In this document: positions 1-10,759 of the stretch, in pieces
Numbering within the stretch: the stretch's first letter is position 1
Layout of the letters: each line of letters begins with the position of its first letter
Origin: Dehalococcoidia bacterium
Lineage (GTDB): Bacteria > Chloroflexota > Dehalococcoidia > Lucifugimonadales > VXLM01
Assembly (NCBI GenBank): GCA_963662435.1
Contig: OY759598.1
Location: forward strand, 2,822,507 to 2,886,506
Direction of reading: 5' to 3'
DNA length: 64,000 nt
Translations under genes and position numbers: made by a program
The notes under the pieces: model-generated
Told to the model about the DNA's origin: nothing
Database searches by the model: none
Seen by the model: only the letters and a program-made list of their open reading frames with translations

Positions 1-686
1 AAGGTGGAGCTATACACCTCTCCTTTAACGGATCTCATCATGTCGGTGACCTCTTCGGGACGTTCGCCAATGAGAGCTACCATGAGGTGAATATCGGGGG
101 CGTTGGCGGTCATGCCGTTTGCGATCTGTTTAAGGATGGTGGTCTTGCCGGCCTTGGGTGGGGAAACGATCAGTCCACGCTGTCCGCGGCCAACGGGGGC
201 AACGAGGTCGATAAATCGGGTGGCAAGTTCGGTGCGCTTACTCTCGAGCTTGACTTGCTCTAAAGGGGAGACGGGGGTGAGGTTCTCAAAGTGAGGTCGT
301 CCTCGTGCGGTGTCGGGGTCCATGCCGTTAACGTCGTCGACACGAATGAGGCCGAAATAGCGCTCGCTGTCCTTGGGGGGCCTGACCTGGCCTGTTACTT
401 CGTCGCCGGTGCGTAGGCCGAATCGGCGGATCTGGGACTGCGAGACGTAGACGTCATTGACGCCGGGGGCTCGCCCCTTGGGCTTGAGAAAGCCGTAGCC
501 GTCGTTGGTGACGGAGAGGATTCCGCTGGCCAGAAGGTTGCTGCCGTTACTCTCGGCTACGTTCTGAAGGAGTCTATTGAGCAGGGTCTGGCGCCTGGGA
601 CGCGAGCCGTTCTCGAACAGGCCGAGCTCGCGGGCCATTTCGAGGAGCTCCTGATCGGTCTTTTCTTGGAACTTGGTGATGTCCAT
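1..686 (-). CDS. rho: Transcription termination factor Rho (5' part; runs off the window)
   Basis: Manual translation from ATG 686: MDITKFQ...DGYGFL...DVYVSQSQIRRFGLRTGD...GRGQRGLIVSPPKAGKTT...LIGERPEEVTDM. Confidence 0.96.
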   Translation of the reverse strand, partial: MDITKFQEKTDQELLEMARELGLFENGSRPRRQTLLNRLLQNVAESNGSNLLASGILSVTNDGYGFLKPKGRAPGVNDVYVSQSQIRRFGLRTGDEVTGQVRPPKDSERYFGLIRVDDVNGMDPDTARGRPHFENLTPVSPLEQVKLESKRTELATRFIDLVAPVGRGQRGLIVSPPKAGKTTILKQIANGMTANAPDIHLMVALIGERPEEVTDMMRSVKGEVYSST

Positions 687-1066
687 CGTGTACTCCGAGG
701 GGATTTGCGTGTGGTCTTCGGGAAATCCGAGGAAGAGCGGTCGCGGAAATATGATCGCGGGACGGCTCAAGACTCCTTAGTGGTTAGGAAAGAGGGGAAT
801 GGTTATCGTAAGAGCATACTCTTTGCGTCTCCCAGTGTTGGGGGAGACCGTAGAGTTTTGTGGCTATGTGCGTTGTCTCACACTTGAAGAAACGTCTCGC
901 GCCAAAAGAATCGGGCTTAAGTCTGAACTTGGGCCGCTTCCAGCGCGATACCTGCAGGAGAAACCTTCTCTGCGACAAAGAAGGACGGTGAAGCCCTTGA
1001 GGGTGCGAGAGAGGATTAGAACATTAAAGAGGCAATTTTTAGAATATCACGTCCGTATGCGGTTGT

Positions 1067-2731
1067 CTATAGGGCTGGGGGTGAGGATGCAGGATCCGCG
1101 CGCTCGATGGGCAGTATGTGCTGGCCGCCTTCACGGAGGGTTGTTCGGGCTATGTTGACAAATTCCCTGAAGAGCGGGTGCGGACGATTAGGACGGGAGA
1201 GAAACTCCGGATGGAACTGGACGCCGAGCATGAAGGGGTGGTCTTCGATTTCCATAATCTCGACGAGGCGGTTGTCGGGAGATAGGCCTGTGGGCCAGAA
1301 TCCGACCTCCTCGAATGCCTCGCGGTAGGCGTTGTTGACTTCGAAACGGTGGCGGTGTCGCTCATCGACGACGGAGACCCCGTATGCCCGCCGCGCGATC
1401 GAGTCGGGTACGAGGCTGCATGGATAGACGCCCAGCCGCATGGTTCCACCCTTGTCTGTGACGGAACGCTGGTCGGGCATGAGGTCGATAACGGGATGTG
1501 GGGTTTCGCCATCGAACTCGGTGGAGTTGGCGTCCGGTTTTCCAAGAAGGCTGCGGGCGGCCTCGATGACCATCACCTGCATCCCCAGGCAGAGGCCGAA
1601 ATAGGGGACCCTGTTCTCCCTGGCGTAGCGGACGGTCTGAATCATGCCCTCTACGCCACGCGAACCGAATCCTCCCGGCACGACAATTCCAGAGACGGAG
1701 TGAAGGAGACGTTCAGGGCCAACTCGCTCAACCTCCTCGGAGGCGACCCAATCGATCTCAATGTTGCTGCCGTGGGCCAATGCGGCGTGGAATAGGGCCT
1801 CCTTAACTGAGAGGTACGAGTCCTGGAGATCGACGTATTTGCCGACGAGGGCTACGCTGATCTTGTGCTTCGGTTCGAGTATGGAGTCTACGAGGGCCCG
1901 CCAGTCCGTCATGTCAGGTTCGGTACCTGAAAGATTCAGGGTGTCAATTATGGTATCGCCGAGTCCCTCGTCCTCAAACAGCATAGGAACCTGATAGACG
2001 GAAAAGGCTGTCTCGGCTCCGATAACGCTCCTGCGATTTACGTCGCAGAACAGGGCGAGCTTGTCCTTGATGTCGTCAGTGACGGGCTCTTCGCTTCGGC
2101 AGATGATTGCGTCAGGCTGTATGCCGTCGCCACGGAGTTCTCGGACGCTGTGCTGGGTGGGCTTGGTCTTGAGCTCTCCCGTCGTAGGAATGTGCGGCAG
2201 GTAGGTTACGTGAATGTAGAAGACGTTGTTGCGGCCGACGTCGTTTCGCATCTGGCGGATGGCCTCAAGGAAGGGCTGTCCTTCGATGTCGCCGACAGTC
2301 CCGCCGACTTCGACGATTATCACCTCCGCCCTGCTCTCTTCGGCAAGGTCGAACATGCGCTGCTTTATCGCGTCGGTCACGTGGGGGACGATCTGGATCG
2401 TCCCGCCCAGGAATTCGCCTCGACGCTCGCGGGCAATAACGTCACTATAGATCTGGCCGGCGGTGACGTTGGAGGACTGCTTGAGGTTAACGTCGATGAA
2501 CCGCTCATAGTGACCGAGATCCAGGTCGGTCTCACTACCATCGGTCGTGACAAAGACCTCTCCGTGCTGGTAGGGCGACATGGTGCCGGGATCGACGTTG
2601 AGATAGGGGTCGAGCTTGATGACCGAAACAGTAACGCCACGACTCTTGAGAATGCGCCCGATCGACGCGACGGCGATTCCCTTGCCTACGGAGCTTACGA
2701 CGCCGCCGGTGACGAAGATGTACTTAGTCAA
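1067..2731 (-). CDS. pyrG: CTP synthase
   Basis: MTKYIFVTGGVVSSVGKG, DPYLNVDPGTMSPYQHGEV, GLCLGMQ, QFHPEF. Confidence 0.98.
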   Translation of the reverse strand: MTKYIFVTGGVVSSVGKGIAVASIGRILKSRGVTVSVIKLDPYLNVDPGTMSPYQHGEVFVTTDGSETDLDLGHYERFIDVNLKQSSNVTAGQIYSDVIARERRGEFLGGTIQIVPHVTDAIKQRMFDLAEESRAEVIIVEVGGTVGDIEGQPFLEAIRQMRNDVGRNNVFYIHVTYLPHIPTTGELKTKPTQHSVRELRGDGIQPDAIICRSEEPVTDDIKDKLALFCDVNRRSVIGAETAFSVYQVPMLFEDEGLGDTIIDTLNLSGTEPDMTDWRALVDSILEPKHKISVALVGKYVDLQDSYLSVKEALFHAALAHGSNIEIDWVASEEVERVGPERLLHSVSGIVVPGGFGSRGVEGMIQTVRYARENRVPYFGLCLGMQVMVIEAARSLLGKPDANSTEFDGETPHPVIDLMPDQRSVTDKGGTMRLGVYPCSLVPDSIARRAYGVSVVDERHRHRFEVNNAYREAFEEVGFWPTGLSPDNRLVEIMEIEDHPFMLGVQFHPEFLSRPNRPHPLFREFVNIARTTLREGGQHILPIERADPASSPPAL

Positions 2732-3093
2732 AGGCGCTCCTGTCGCTTGTCGCGCCGGCTATGAGAGGTACGCTCCCCAAGACAAAGGACAATGGAGCTC
2801 TTAGGAGGGACGAATGAGGATTTGTGAGGGAGGGACAATCATTGGGCGGTATCAAATCCGCCGCGATGCTTCCTTCTGTTGGCGAACGCTCGCCGAATCT
2901 CACTAATTGGCCCCCTCGACCAGACTGAGTATATTGCCCACGTGGAGATCGTGTCAATTGCGATCGCAAGGAGACCGATGAGCATCTGTCCAGCAATCTC
3001 AGCAAAGTCTCGAGCCCCTTACAATGTGAGCGTCCCGATGTGCTGTATTATGTGCGACACTGCTAAGAGTACGATGTTGCTGAGGGAGTTCCT

Positions 3094-4002
3094 ATGAGGT
3101 ACTACCGTTTGACAGACGTGGACGGGGATACGGTCATCGGCGTCGAGGCCGAACCGGAGCGCGTCACGGTTCTGACGTACATCCAGCCGGACATTACCGA
3201 CATACGCGACCTCGTCTTGGCCGCTTCCATTACCGGCATAAGTATGGACGATGTAGCCACGAGGCTGCTGGACGAGGGAGGCGACTACGAAAGCGTTGAT
3301 ATCGGCGATTTGCTCGACGGCACGCGAGGGGAATACGGCGATTTCCTGATTGTTCGTCCAATCGACCCACCGGAAGTCTGGGCGGCGGGTGTGACGTACA
3401 AGTCGAGCGAGATGGAACGGAGACGCGAGAGCACCACGCCGGATGTTTACTCGATGGTCTACTCGGCCGACCGTCCGGAGCTCTTTTTCAAATCTACGGC
3501 CGACCGCTGCGTCGGGCCGTTCGAGAATGTTGGGATCCGTGGCGATTCTACGTGGAATGTTCCGGAGCCCGAACTTGCCTTAACCTTACACAGTGGTGAG
3601 ATCGTCGGGTACACCATAGGCAACGATATGAGCAGTAGGGCCATCGAGGGCGAGAACCCGCTCTATTTGGCTCAAGCAAAGGTCTACGACGGCTCGTGCT
3701 CAATTGGGCCATGTTTTGTTCCGGCGGAAGGTTTTGATCCCCAAGACGTGAATGTCAGATGTCGGATTGAGCGGGATGGAGATACGGTGTTCACCGGCAA
3801 GACTTCAACCTCGCAGATGGCGAGGACGTGTCAGAGTCTCGCTGACTGGTTGATGCGATACAACAGTGTGCCCGACATGACGACGGTTCTCACGGGCACG
3901 TCCATCGTGCCGCCGCCAGACTTCACGCTCGAAGAGGGCGACGTAGTATTGATCACCATTGACGGTATCGGCACTCTTGAGAACGGGGTGGTAGCTGTGT
4001 GA
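3094..4002 (+). CDS. Fumarylacetoacetate hydrolase family protein (2-keto-3-deoxy-pentonate dehydratase-like)
   Basis: EVWAAGVTY, RPELFFK, WNVPEPEL, GNDMSSRAIEGENPLYL-QAK, LTGT. Confidence 0.85.
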   Translation: MRYYRLTDVDGDTVIGVEAEPERVTVLTYIQPDITDIRDLVLAASITGISMDDVATRLLDEGGDYESVDIGDLLDGTRGEYGDFLIVRPIDPPEVWAAGVTYKSSEMERRRESTTPDVYSMVYSADRPELFFKSTADRCVGPFENVGIRGDSTWNVPEPELALTLHSGEIVGYTIGNDMSSRAIEGENPLYLAQAKVYDGSCSIGPCFVPAEGFDPQDVNVRCRIERDGDTVFTGKTSTSQMARTCQSLADWLMRYNSVPDMTTVLTGTSIVPPPDFTLEEGDVVLITIDGIGTLENGVVAV

Positions 4003-4029
4003 CAGGTTTACCCAATGGCGGCACTCACA

Positions 4030-4824
4030 TTACGACGCCTTGAACGTCGCGCCACCGTCGATGTAAATCGTCTCTCCGGTAATGTAGTTAGCCGCGTCTG
4101 ATATGAGGTAGGCGGCCAGGAGGCCGACCTCCCGCGGATCTCCTACGCGACCAAGGGGCACATTCTCCTTGGCCTGCTCTTGACGTTGACTCATCTCCTC
4201 GGGAGTTGCCAGCTCGGGGTCAGGGAATGAACCAGGGCCGATGCAGTTAACAGTTATGCCGTATGGGGCCCATTCCTGGGCGAGAGTCTGCGTTAGATGG
4301 ACCACGCCGGCCTTGGCAGTCGAGTACGCCAGAAAACCGGGATTCCCCTTGCGGGCTGCGTAGCCGCTGATGTTGATCACCTTGCCTGCTCGTCTTGAGA
4401 CAAAGTGCTCGGCAACGGCGCGGCAGCCGAGGAACGCCTCTGTGAGGTTTATATCAACGACGCTGCGCCACTGCTCCTCGGTTATCGTGCCAGTTGCAGC
4501 CGAGCCGGGCGGCGGGACGACGTAGCCCTCGATCGCGTCTCCCAGGTTGTTGATGAGTACGTCGATGTGTCCCCAGTGGTCGAGGGCCTTCTCAACTGTG
4601 CGCTCCCAGTCCGCCACGCTTGTGGCGTCAGCTACGATGATTTCGATGGGCAGACCTCTGGCCGCCATGCGGTCCTGCAGCGGCTTGAGATAGCGATCGG
4701 TCAAGGCCGTCACCAAGACATGGGCTCCCGCCTCCGCAAGGACTTCGACGATGCCGCGTCCAATGCCGCGAGCCGCACCGGTCACGATGACAGTCTTGCC
4801 CGATATATTGTACTCAGCAATCAT
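4030..4824 (-). CDS. Short-chain dehydrogenase/reductase
   Basis: TGAARGIG, YSTAK (YxxxK), ITGETIYIDGG. Confidence 0.92.
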   Translation of the reverse strand: MIAEYNISGKTVIVTGAARGIGRGIVEVLAEAGAHVLVTALTDRYLKPLQDRMAARGLPIEIIVADATSVADWERTVEKALDHWGHIDVLINNLGDAIEGYVVPPPGSAATGTITEEQWRSVVDINLTEAFLGCRAVAEHFVSRRAGKVINISGYAARKGNPGFLAYSTAKAGVVHLTQTLAQEWAPYGITVNCIGPGSFPDPELATPEEMSQRQEQAKENVPLGRVGDPREVGLLAAYLISDAANYITGETIYIDGGATFKAS

Positions 4825-4854
4825 TTGGAACGCTCCTTCCCGCCCTGAGCAAGA

Positions 4855-5733
4855 CTAGGACAGGATTCCCTGAACCGTCACACCGATGTCTGCCGGGCTG
4901 GGAATGGTGGCCGCACCTGCCCGATCAAGCGCCTTGATCTTCTCCTCGGCGCGGGCCGCCTTGCCGGTGATGATCGCGCCCGCATGGCCCATGCGTCGGC
5001 CCGGTGGCGCGCTCCGTCCGACAATCAAAGCGGCGATGGGCTTTGTGAATTCGGCGCTTCCTATGTACTCGGCTGCTTCCTGCTCTTTCGTGCCGCCGAT
5101 CTCGCCGATAAAGATGACGCAGTCCGTGTCCGGGTCATCGTTGAAGAGCTTGAGCACATCGACAAATGACGTACCGCTCACCGGATCGCCGCCGATTCCG
5201 ACTGAGGTGGACTGCCCGATTCCCAATACGGAGAGTTGGCCGACGGCCTCATAGGTCAGCGTCCCACTGCGGGAGACGATACCGACGCGCCCCGGCGAAT
5301 GGATGTACCCAGGCATGATGCCCATCTTGCACTTGGCTCCCGGCGAGATCACGCCGGGGCAGTTTGGGCCAATCGCCGTGACATCCTTGCCCTGGAGGTA
5401 GCGCACGACATTGACTGAGTCCTTCACGGGCACGCCCTCGGTGATAGTCGCGATGACCGGGATACCTGCATCGACGGACTCCACGATTGCGTCCGCGGCG
5501 AATGGGGGCGGCACGAAGATAAGGGAGGCATTGGCTCCGGTCTCGTCTACTGCCTGCTCGACCGTGTCGAACACGGGAACGTCGCCATCGAACATCTGGC
5601 CTCCTTTGCCGGGCGTGACGCCAGCAACGAGGTTCGTTCCATACTCCCGGCACCTGCCGGCGTGGTAGCTGCCTTCCTTGCCGGTTATGCCTTGAACCAG
5701 CAGGCGAGTGTTCTGGTCGACCAATATGCTCAT
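4855..5733 (-). CDS. sucD: Succinyl-CoA synthetase alpha subunit
   Basis: [34 protein letters not shown]. Confidence 0.97.
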   Translation of the reverse strand: MSILVDQNTRLLVQGITGKEGSYHAGRCREYGTNLVAGVTPGKGGQMFDGDVPVFDTVEQAVDETGANASLIFVPPPFAADAIVESVDAGIPVIATITEGVPVKDSVNVVRYLQGKDVTAIGPNCPGVISPGAKCKMGIMPGYIHSPGRVGIVSRSGTLTYEAVGQLSVLGIGQSTSVGIGGDPVSGTSFVDVLKLFNDDPDTDCVIFIGEIGGTKEQEAAEYIGSAEFTKPIAALIVGRSAPPGRRMGHAGAIITGKAARAEEKIKALDRAGAATIPSPADIGVTVQGILS

Positions 5734-5847
5734 TTGTTCGAAGCTCCTCGTTTCAATTCAGTCAAAAGTCGGGAAAGTTCCTATGCAGAAGGACAAACCC
5801 TACTCCTCTTACCCGGGAAGAGGGAGCAAGCTCTCATCTTGCCGACC

Positions 5848-7005
5848 TCAACCAAGCGCCTTGATGGCATTTGCGGCCTGGTTAAGGTCATCCACCAACG
5901 TCACGTTGAGGAAGGACTCCTCAAGCAGCTTTCGTCCATCGTCCGCGTTGGTGCCCAGCATGCGGACGACCATGGGCGGCATCTCGTTATCAGCGCGTTC
6001 GGCCGCTAACAGGGCGCCCCGCGCGACCACGTCGCAGCGAAGGATTCCACCAAAAATATTGATGAGTATTTTGGCAACGTTTCCGTCCGAGAGGATTATC
6101 CTCAGTGCCTGGGCTATCTTCTCCTCGTCGGCGCCGCCGCCGACGTCGAGGAAGTTCGCCGGAGCGGTCCCGGCCGCAAACGTCACGTCCATCGTCGCCA
6201 TGGCAAGACCGGCGCCGTTGACCATGCACCCTACATCGCCGTCCAGCCGGACGTAGCTCACGCCGTACTTTCCGGACTCGGCCTCTAGTGGGTCCTCCTG
6301 CTCCGGGTCGTACAGTTCGGCGAGGTCCTTGTGGCGGAACATGGCATCGTCATCGAAGTTGAGCTTGGCGTCCGCTGCGAGTATCCGGCCGTCTTTCGCG
6401 ACGACGAGTGGGTTGATCTCGATGAGAGAGCAGTCGTGTTTGAGGAACAGGTCGTAGAGTTTGGACATCATCGCTGAGACGGACCTGACCTGATTAGAGG
6501 AGACGTTCAGGGAGTAAGCGATCTTGCGCGTCTGATACGGCAGTAAGCCAAGCACGGGATCGACGGGAATACGGACGATCTTTTCCGGCGTCTGTTCGGC
6601 GACCTCCTCAATGTCCATTCCCCCCGCCTCGCTGGCCATCACCACGACGCCTTTCGCAGCTCCGTCGATGACTATTCCGACGTACAACTCACGGTCGACT
6701 TCCAACGCCTCCTCGACGAGGACGGACCTGATGGGCACACCCTCAGGCCCTGTCTGGTGCGTGACCAGACTTGTGCCGATCAGCCCTCCTGCGGCATCGG
6801 CGGCCTCTTCTGGGGAATCGACGAGCTTAATCCCGCCCGCCTTGCCACGTCCACCCGCATGGACTTGGGCCTTGACGACGACCGCGCCGCCCAGATCACC
6901 GGCAGCAGCCTTCGCCTCTTCGGGTGTTTTCGCAACCGCTCCCTTTGGGACGGGAATGCCGCCCCTATCGAGAATCTCTTTCGCCTGGTATTCGTGGATT
7001 TTCAA
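5848..7005 (-). CDS. sucC: Succinyl-CoA synthetase beta subunit
   Basis: MKIHEYQAK, KAQVHAGGRGKAGG, NGAGLAMATMD, NFLDVGGGA. Confidence 0.97.
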   Translation of the reverse strand: MKIHEYQAKEILDRGGIPVPKGAVAKTPEEAKAAAGDLGGAVVVKAQVHAGGRGKAGGIKLVDSPEEAADAAGGLIGTSLVTHQTGPEGVPIRSVLVEEALEVDRELYVGIVIDGAAKGVVVMASEAGGMDIEEVAEQTPEKIVRIPVDPVLGLLPYQTRKIAYSLNVSSNQVRSVSAMMSKLYDLFLKHDCSLIEINPLVVAKDGRILAADAKLNFDDDAMFRHKDLAELYDPEQEDPLEAESGKYGVSYVRLDGDVGCMVNGAGLAMATMDVTFAAGTAPANFLDVGGGADEEKIAQALRIILSDGNVAKILINIFGGILRCDVVARGALLAAERADNEMPPMVVRMLGTNADDGRKLLEESFLNVTLVDDLNQAANAIKALG

Positions 7006-7098
7006 GGCTGAACTCCGGTGGGTTAGATATCGCTCTTCGCTAAAATAGTCGGGTCTGTTATGTCAACACGGCCAGAATCCGGGTGGAAATATGGCGTC

Positions 7099-7186
7099 TG
7101 GCGGAGGGAGTGGGATTCGAACCCACGTTACCTTTCGGTAAACCTGTTTTCAAGACAGGCGCCTTAAGCCGCTCGGCCACCCCTCC
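7099..7186 (-). tRNA. tRNA-Ser(TGA)
   Basis: Minus strand GGAGGGGTGGCCGAGCGG...CCTGTC-TTGAAA-ACAGG, long variable arm, GGGTTCGAATCCC, ends CCGCCA. Confidence 0.96.
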
Positions 7187-7223
7187 TTGTGTATTTTATT
7201 GTACCGTCTCGGCGCAAAGCCCG

Positions 7224-8129
7224 TCACGCAGCGAAGACCTTTCTCGGCTGCCACTGGCCGGTCGAACGGTCGAAGATCATTAGCGCGAGAAACTCGCCGT
7301 CGCTTCCATACACGCGGCACTCTTCACCCGGCTTATCGAACGGAATTCGCAGAGCGCCAGGCAGTGGACGTCCATTGCGGACGCGGTCGGCGACGCCTCT
7401 GTCGACGACGATGGCCGGCATCGATCTCACGGCCACGTCCGGGGAGTGGAGCGCGTCCTGCCAAGTACCCTCGATGAAACAGGTCTCGGCTTCCTCCAGG
7501 GACAATGCCTCATCGATATTGAAGGCGCTGTTCCGCGTTCTCGTAAGCTGCTGGAGGTGCCCTCCACAGTCGAGAACCTCTCCGAGGTCGTGCGCGAGCG
7601 AACGCATGTAAAAGCCCCTTCCGCAGGTAACGTCGATGATCAGGTCCGGAGGGGACCAGTCGACCACGTCGATACCAATGACATTGACCGAGCGAGGCTC
7701 TCTCTCTACCTCAATGCCGGCACGGGCCATGTTGTAGAGGCGCTCACCATCTTTTTTGAGAGCGCTGAACATTGGTGGAACTTGCTCGATCATACCCAAA
7801 AACGGTTTGAGTGCATATCGGATCGCTTCAATATCGATGTCCGAAATATCGCTCTCCGCGACCACCTGGCCGTCCACGTCGTAGGTATCGGTCTCCACCC
7901 CGAGGCGAACGGTTGCGTGGTATTCCTTGCTGCCGTCGACGAGGTACTCCATCATGCGGGTCGCGCGGCCTAAGCAGATGGGGACAACTCCGGATGCGAA
8001 TGGGTCAAGGGTCCCCCCGTGACCTACGCGTTTTTGGCCGCTTGCGCGCTTGATCCTCCGCACCACGTCCATGCTGGTGATACCGGCGGGCTTATCGATG
8101 TTGAGAATGCCGTTGATCTGTTCGGTCAC
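7224..8129 (-). CDS. truB: tRNA pseudouridine(55) synthase
   Basis: [31 protein letters not shown]; follows rbfA. Confidence 0.96.
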   Translation of the reverse strand: MTEQINGILNIDKPAGITSMDVVRRIKRASGQKRVGHGGTLDPFASGVVPICLGRATRMMEYLVDGSKEYHATVRLGVETDTYDVDGQVVAESDISDIDIEAIRYALKPFLGMIEQVPPMFSALKKDGERLYNMARAGIEVEREPRSVNVIGIDVVDWSPPDLIIDVTCGRGFYMRSLAHDLGEVLDCGGHLQQLTRTRNSAFNIDEALSLEEAETCFIEGTWQDALHSPDVAVRSMPAIVVDRGVADRVRNGRPLPGALRIPFDKPGEECRVYGSDGEFLALMIFDRSTGQWQPRKVFAA

Positions 8130-8527
8130 GGAGTGTCTTCGGGGATAGGATCCGCATCGTCCCGCTGTGCCGCGATTTCCTTGTCGCGCTGGATCACCTC
8201 GTCAATGAAGGAAAGCATCTCTGCGCCCCTTTCGATTGCCTCATCGAGGTGGAACGCGAGGTGGGGGACGTTGCGCATTCGCAGGTGGGGCCTGATGGCT
8301 CGATGTATAAAGCCGGAGGCAGCACCCAGCGCCTGCAGGGTGTCCGCCTTCTCCTCGTCAGATCCGAGAACACTCACGTAGACCCTGGCAAAGCTGAGGT
8401 CACGGGAGGTCTCAACCCGTGTAACGGATGCCATCGGTGAGATTCGAGGGTCGTTTAGATCCCCGGCCAGGACGCTCCCGATTTCCTCGCGCAGCAGGGC
8501 ATTGACTCGCTCGATACGGTACGGCAT
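8126..8527 (-). CDS. rbfA: Ribosome-binding factor A
   Basis: RIERVN..LREEI, DPRI, DLSFARVYVS, PHLAFHLD; between infB and truB. Confidence 0.95.
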   Translation of the reverse strand: MPYRIERVNALLREEIGSVLAGDLNDPRISPMASVTRVETSRDLSFARVYVSVLGSDEEKADTLQALGAASGFIHRAIRPHLRMRNVPHLAFHLDEAIERGAEMLSFIDEVIQRDKEIAAQRDDADPIPEDTP

Positions 8528-8610
8528 AGACGTGCGGCCCCTCTGCGCAGCTTTTGGTGTGTGAGGAAATGAAGGTCGCGTTACGAAGGTCGGAAGCCGT
8601 TAGCTCGGAA

Positions 8611-10440
8611 TCAAACTTCCTCGATCCGATGAGACTCGAGGATGTCGCCTTCCTGATAGTCCTGGAAGCCTTCCACCACAACCCCGCCCTCGAGCCCGTT
8701 TGTGAGTTCTCGGACGTCGTCCCTGAAGTGTTTCAGGCTGGAAATGGGGCCTTCGTGGATCTTCTTGTTGTTGCGCATGATGTAGATGGTCGACGAACGG
8801 GAGATACGACCGTCGTTTACGAATACGCCGGCTGCCCGGCCACGACGTCCGATGGTAAATACGGCGCGAACAGTCGCGTAGCCCTCGGTGATGTCGCGCG
8901 TCTCCGGCGCAAGCAGGCCGTTGACGGCCCTCTCCACGTCTTCCACGAGGTGGTAAATGACATCGTAGTATCGTACGTCCACGCCCTCCTGGGCGGCGAG
9001 GGTATTCGCTCCTGCTCCAGGCTGCGCGTTGAAACCGATAACCACCGCATCCGAAGCGGCTGCCAGCATAACGTCGTTCTCGGTGATCGCTCCGGTGGCC
9101 ATGTGGACGATGTTGACCCTCGTCCGTTCGGTGTTGAGACGCTCAAGGGCGGATCGCACGGCCTCGGTGCTACCCTGCACGTCCGTCTTGACGATCAGAT
9201 CGAGATCGACGACTTCGCCAGACTCGATCCTCGCGGCAATGTCTTCGAGGGTCCCATGCCTGCGCTCAACATTTTGGTTGCGCTCCCACTCTTCGACCAT
9301 TTCGCGTGCGGACCTGTCGTCCGGCACGATGGTGAACGTGTCGCCGGCTTCAGGGAGGCCCCCAATGCCAAGTATCTCGACAGGTGTGGACGGGCCGGCA
9401 TTCTTGATGCGCCTCCCGCGATCGTTGAGCATCGCTCGGACACGGCCTTTGAGTCCATTAACGACGATATTCTGTGCGGGCTCCAGGGTGCCGGTCTGGA
9501 CGAGTACGGTGGCGACCGGTCCTTTGCTCTTATCGACCTCGGCCTCGACAACAACACCCCGTGCAAGCTGGTGGGGATTGGCCTTCAGTTCTGCAATCTC
9601 AGAGACGACGATGATGTTCTCCAGCAGGTCGTCGATGCCCTCTCCTTTGAGAGCTGAGACGGGCACGGATATCACATCGCCACCCCAGTCTTCAACGAGC
9701 AGATCGCGTTCGGAAAGTTGCCGTTTCACGCGGTCAGGATCGGCATCCGGGCGGTCCATCTTGTTAACGGCCACGATGATGGGCACCTCTGCCGCTTTCA
9801 CGTGGTTGATGGCTTCCTCCGTCTGCGGCATGATCCCGTCATCAGCGGCCACGACGAGGATCGCGATGTCTGTTACCTGGGCGCCCCGGGCCCGCATTGC
9901 GGTGAACGCCTCGTGACCCGGAGTATCGAGGAACGTGATCGGGGTGCCGTTGTACCGGACCTGATACGCCCCGATGTGCTGGGTGATGCCGCCGCTCTCT
10001 CCTCCCACAACGTTGGTGTTGCGGATTGAGTCCAGCAGCGTGGTCTTGCCATGATCGACGTGGCCGAGGATGGTGACGACGGGTGGACGTTCCACGAGGT
10101 CGTCTGGGTTTTCACCCTCGTGCTTAAGAACGACGGAACCCGGGCTCGCCTCGTCCTCGGAGGTCGGCGCCTTTACGGGGAATCCGAATGACTGGGCGAT
10201 TCCGGACGCGACCTCGAATTCCACGACCTCGTTGATCGAGATCATGTATCCGAAACGCATCAACTGCTTGATTACGTCTATAGGATCGACACCCATCATC
10301 TCGGATAGATCGGCGACTGAAATCGCGGATGGAATGTCAAGAACGGGAAGTCGTGGACGTGCCTCCGCCGCCGCTCGCGTTCGAGTGGCGGAGGGCGGTG
10401 CGCCTGCGGATCCCTGAGTTGTCGTGCGATTCGTAGTCAT
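8611..10440 (-). CDS. infB: Translation initiation factor IF-2 (short N-terminus)
   Basis: [34 protein letters not shown]. Confidence 0.98.
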   Translation of the reverse strand: MTTNRTTTQGSAGAPPSATRTRAAAEARPRLPVLDIPSAISVADLSEMMGVDPIDVIKQLMRFGYMISINEVVEFEVASGIAQSFGFPVKAPTSEDEASPGSVVLKHEGENPDDLVERPPVVTILGHVDHGKTTLLDSIRNTNVVGGESGGITQHIGAYQVRYNGTPITFLDTPGHEAFTAMRARGAQVTDIAILVVAADDGIMPQTEEAINHVKAAEVPIIVAVNKMDRPDADPDRVKRQLSERDLLVEDWGGDVISVPVSALKGEGIDDLLENIIVVSEIAELKANPHQLARGVVVEAEVDKSKGPVATVLVQTGTLEPAQNIVVNGLKGRVRAMLNDRGRRIKNAGPSTPVEILGIGGLPEAGDTFTIVPDDRSAREMVEEWERNQNVERRHGTLEDIAARIESGEVVDLDLIVKTDVQGSTEAVRSALERLNTERTRVNIVHMATGAITENDVMLAAASDAVVIGFNAQPGAGANTLAAQEGVDVRYYDVIYHLVEDVERAVNGLLAPETRDITEGYATVRAVFTIGRRGRAAGVFVNDGRISRSSTIYIMRNNKKIHEGPISSLKHFRDDVRELTNGLEGGVVVEGFQDYQEGDILESHRIEEV

Positions 10441-10471
10441 TTAATCCCTTCGGACAGTATACATCTTCCTA

Positions 10472-10759
10472 TCAAGACCGCCCTGTCTTTCCTGCGGCGA
10501 TCTCCTCGGTCAATGCCATCCAGTCGTTTTCCGATATACGACGCTTCAAAGCTCGCTCGATGGGTCCTCGCGGCAACACTGCCGTAGAGCACCCACCGTC
10601 GCTGCAAATGTAAGCTCCGCGGCCCGAAAGCCTGCCGTTCCAATCCACCTTAGCGCCAATCTCGGGCGTCGCGACGATCCGCGTAAAAGCCCGCTTTGGC
10701 CCCTTCGATCCACAAGCGACACAGGTCCTCAGTGGAACGTGCCGCTTGGCGGTCGTCAT
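10472..10759 (-). CDS. ylxR: YlxR/DUF448 RNA-binding protein
   Basis: HVPLRTCVAC, GRGAYIC; between nusA and infB. Confidence 0.88.
   Translation of the reverse strand: MTTAKRHVPLRTCVACGSKGPKRAFTRIVATPEIGAKVDWNGRLSGRGAYICSDGGCSTAVLPRGPIERALKRRISENDWMALTEEIAAGKTGRS

Noticed and set aside
7099..7186. tRNA as an island integration site
   Set aside because: Flanked by core genes; no integrase and no duplicated tRNA 3' end seen
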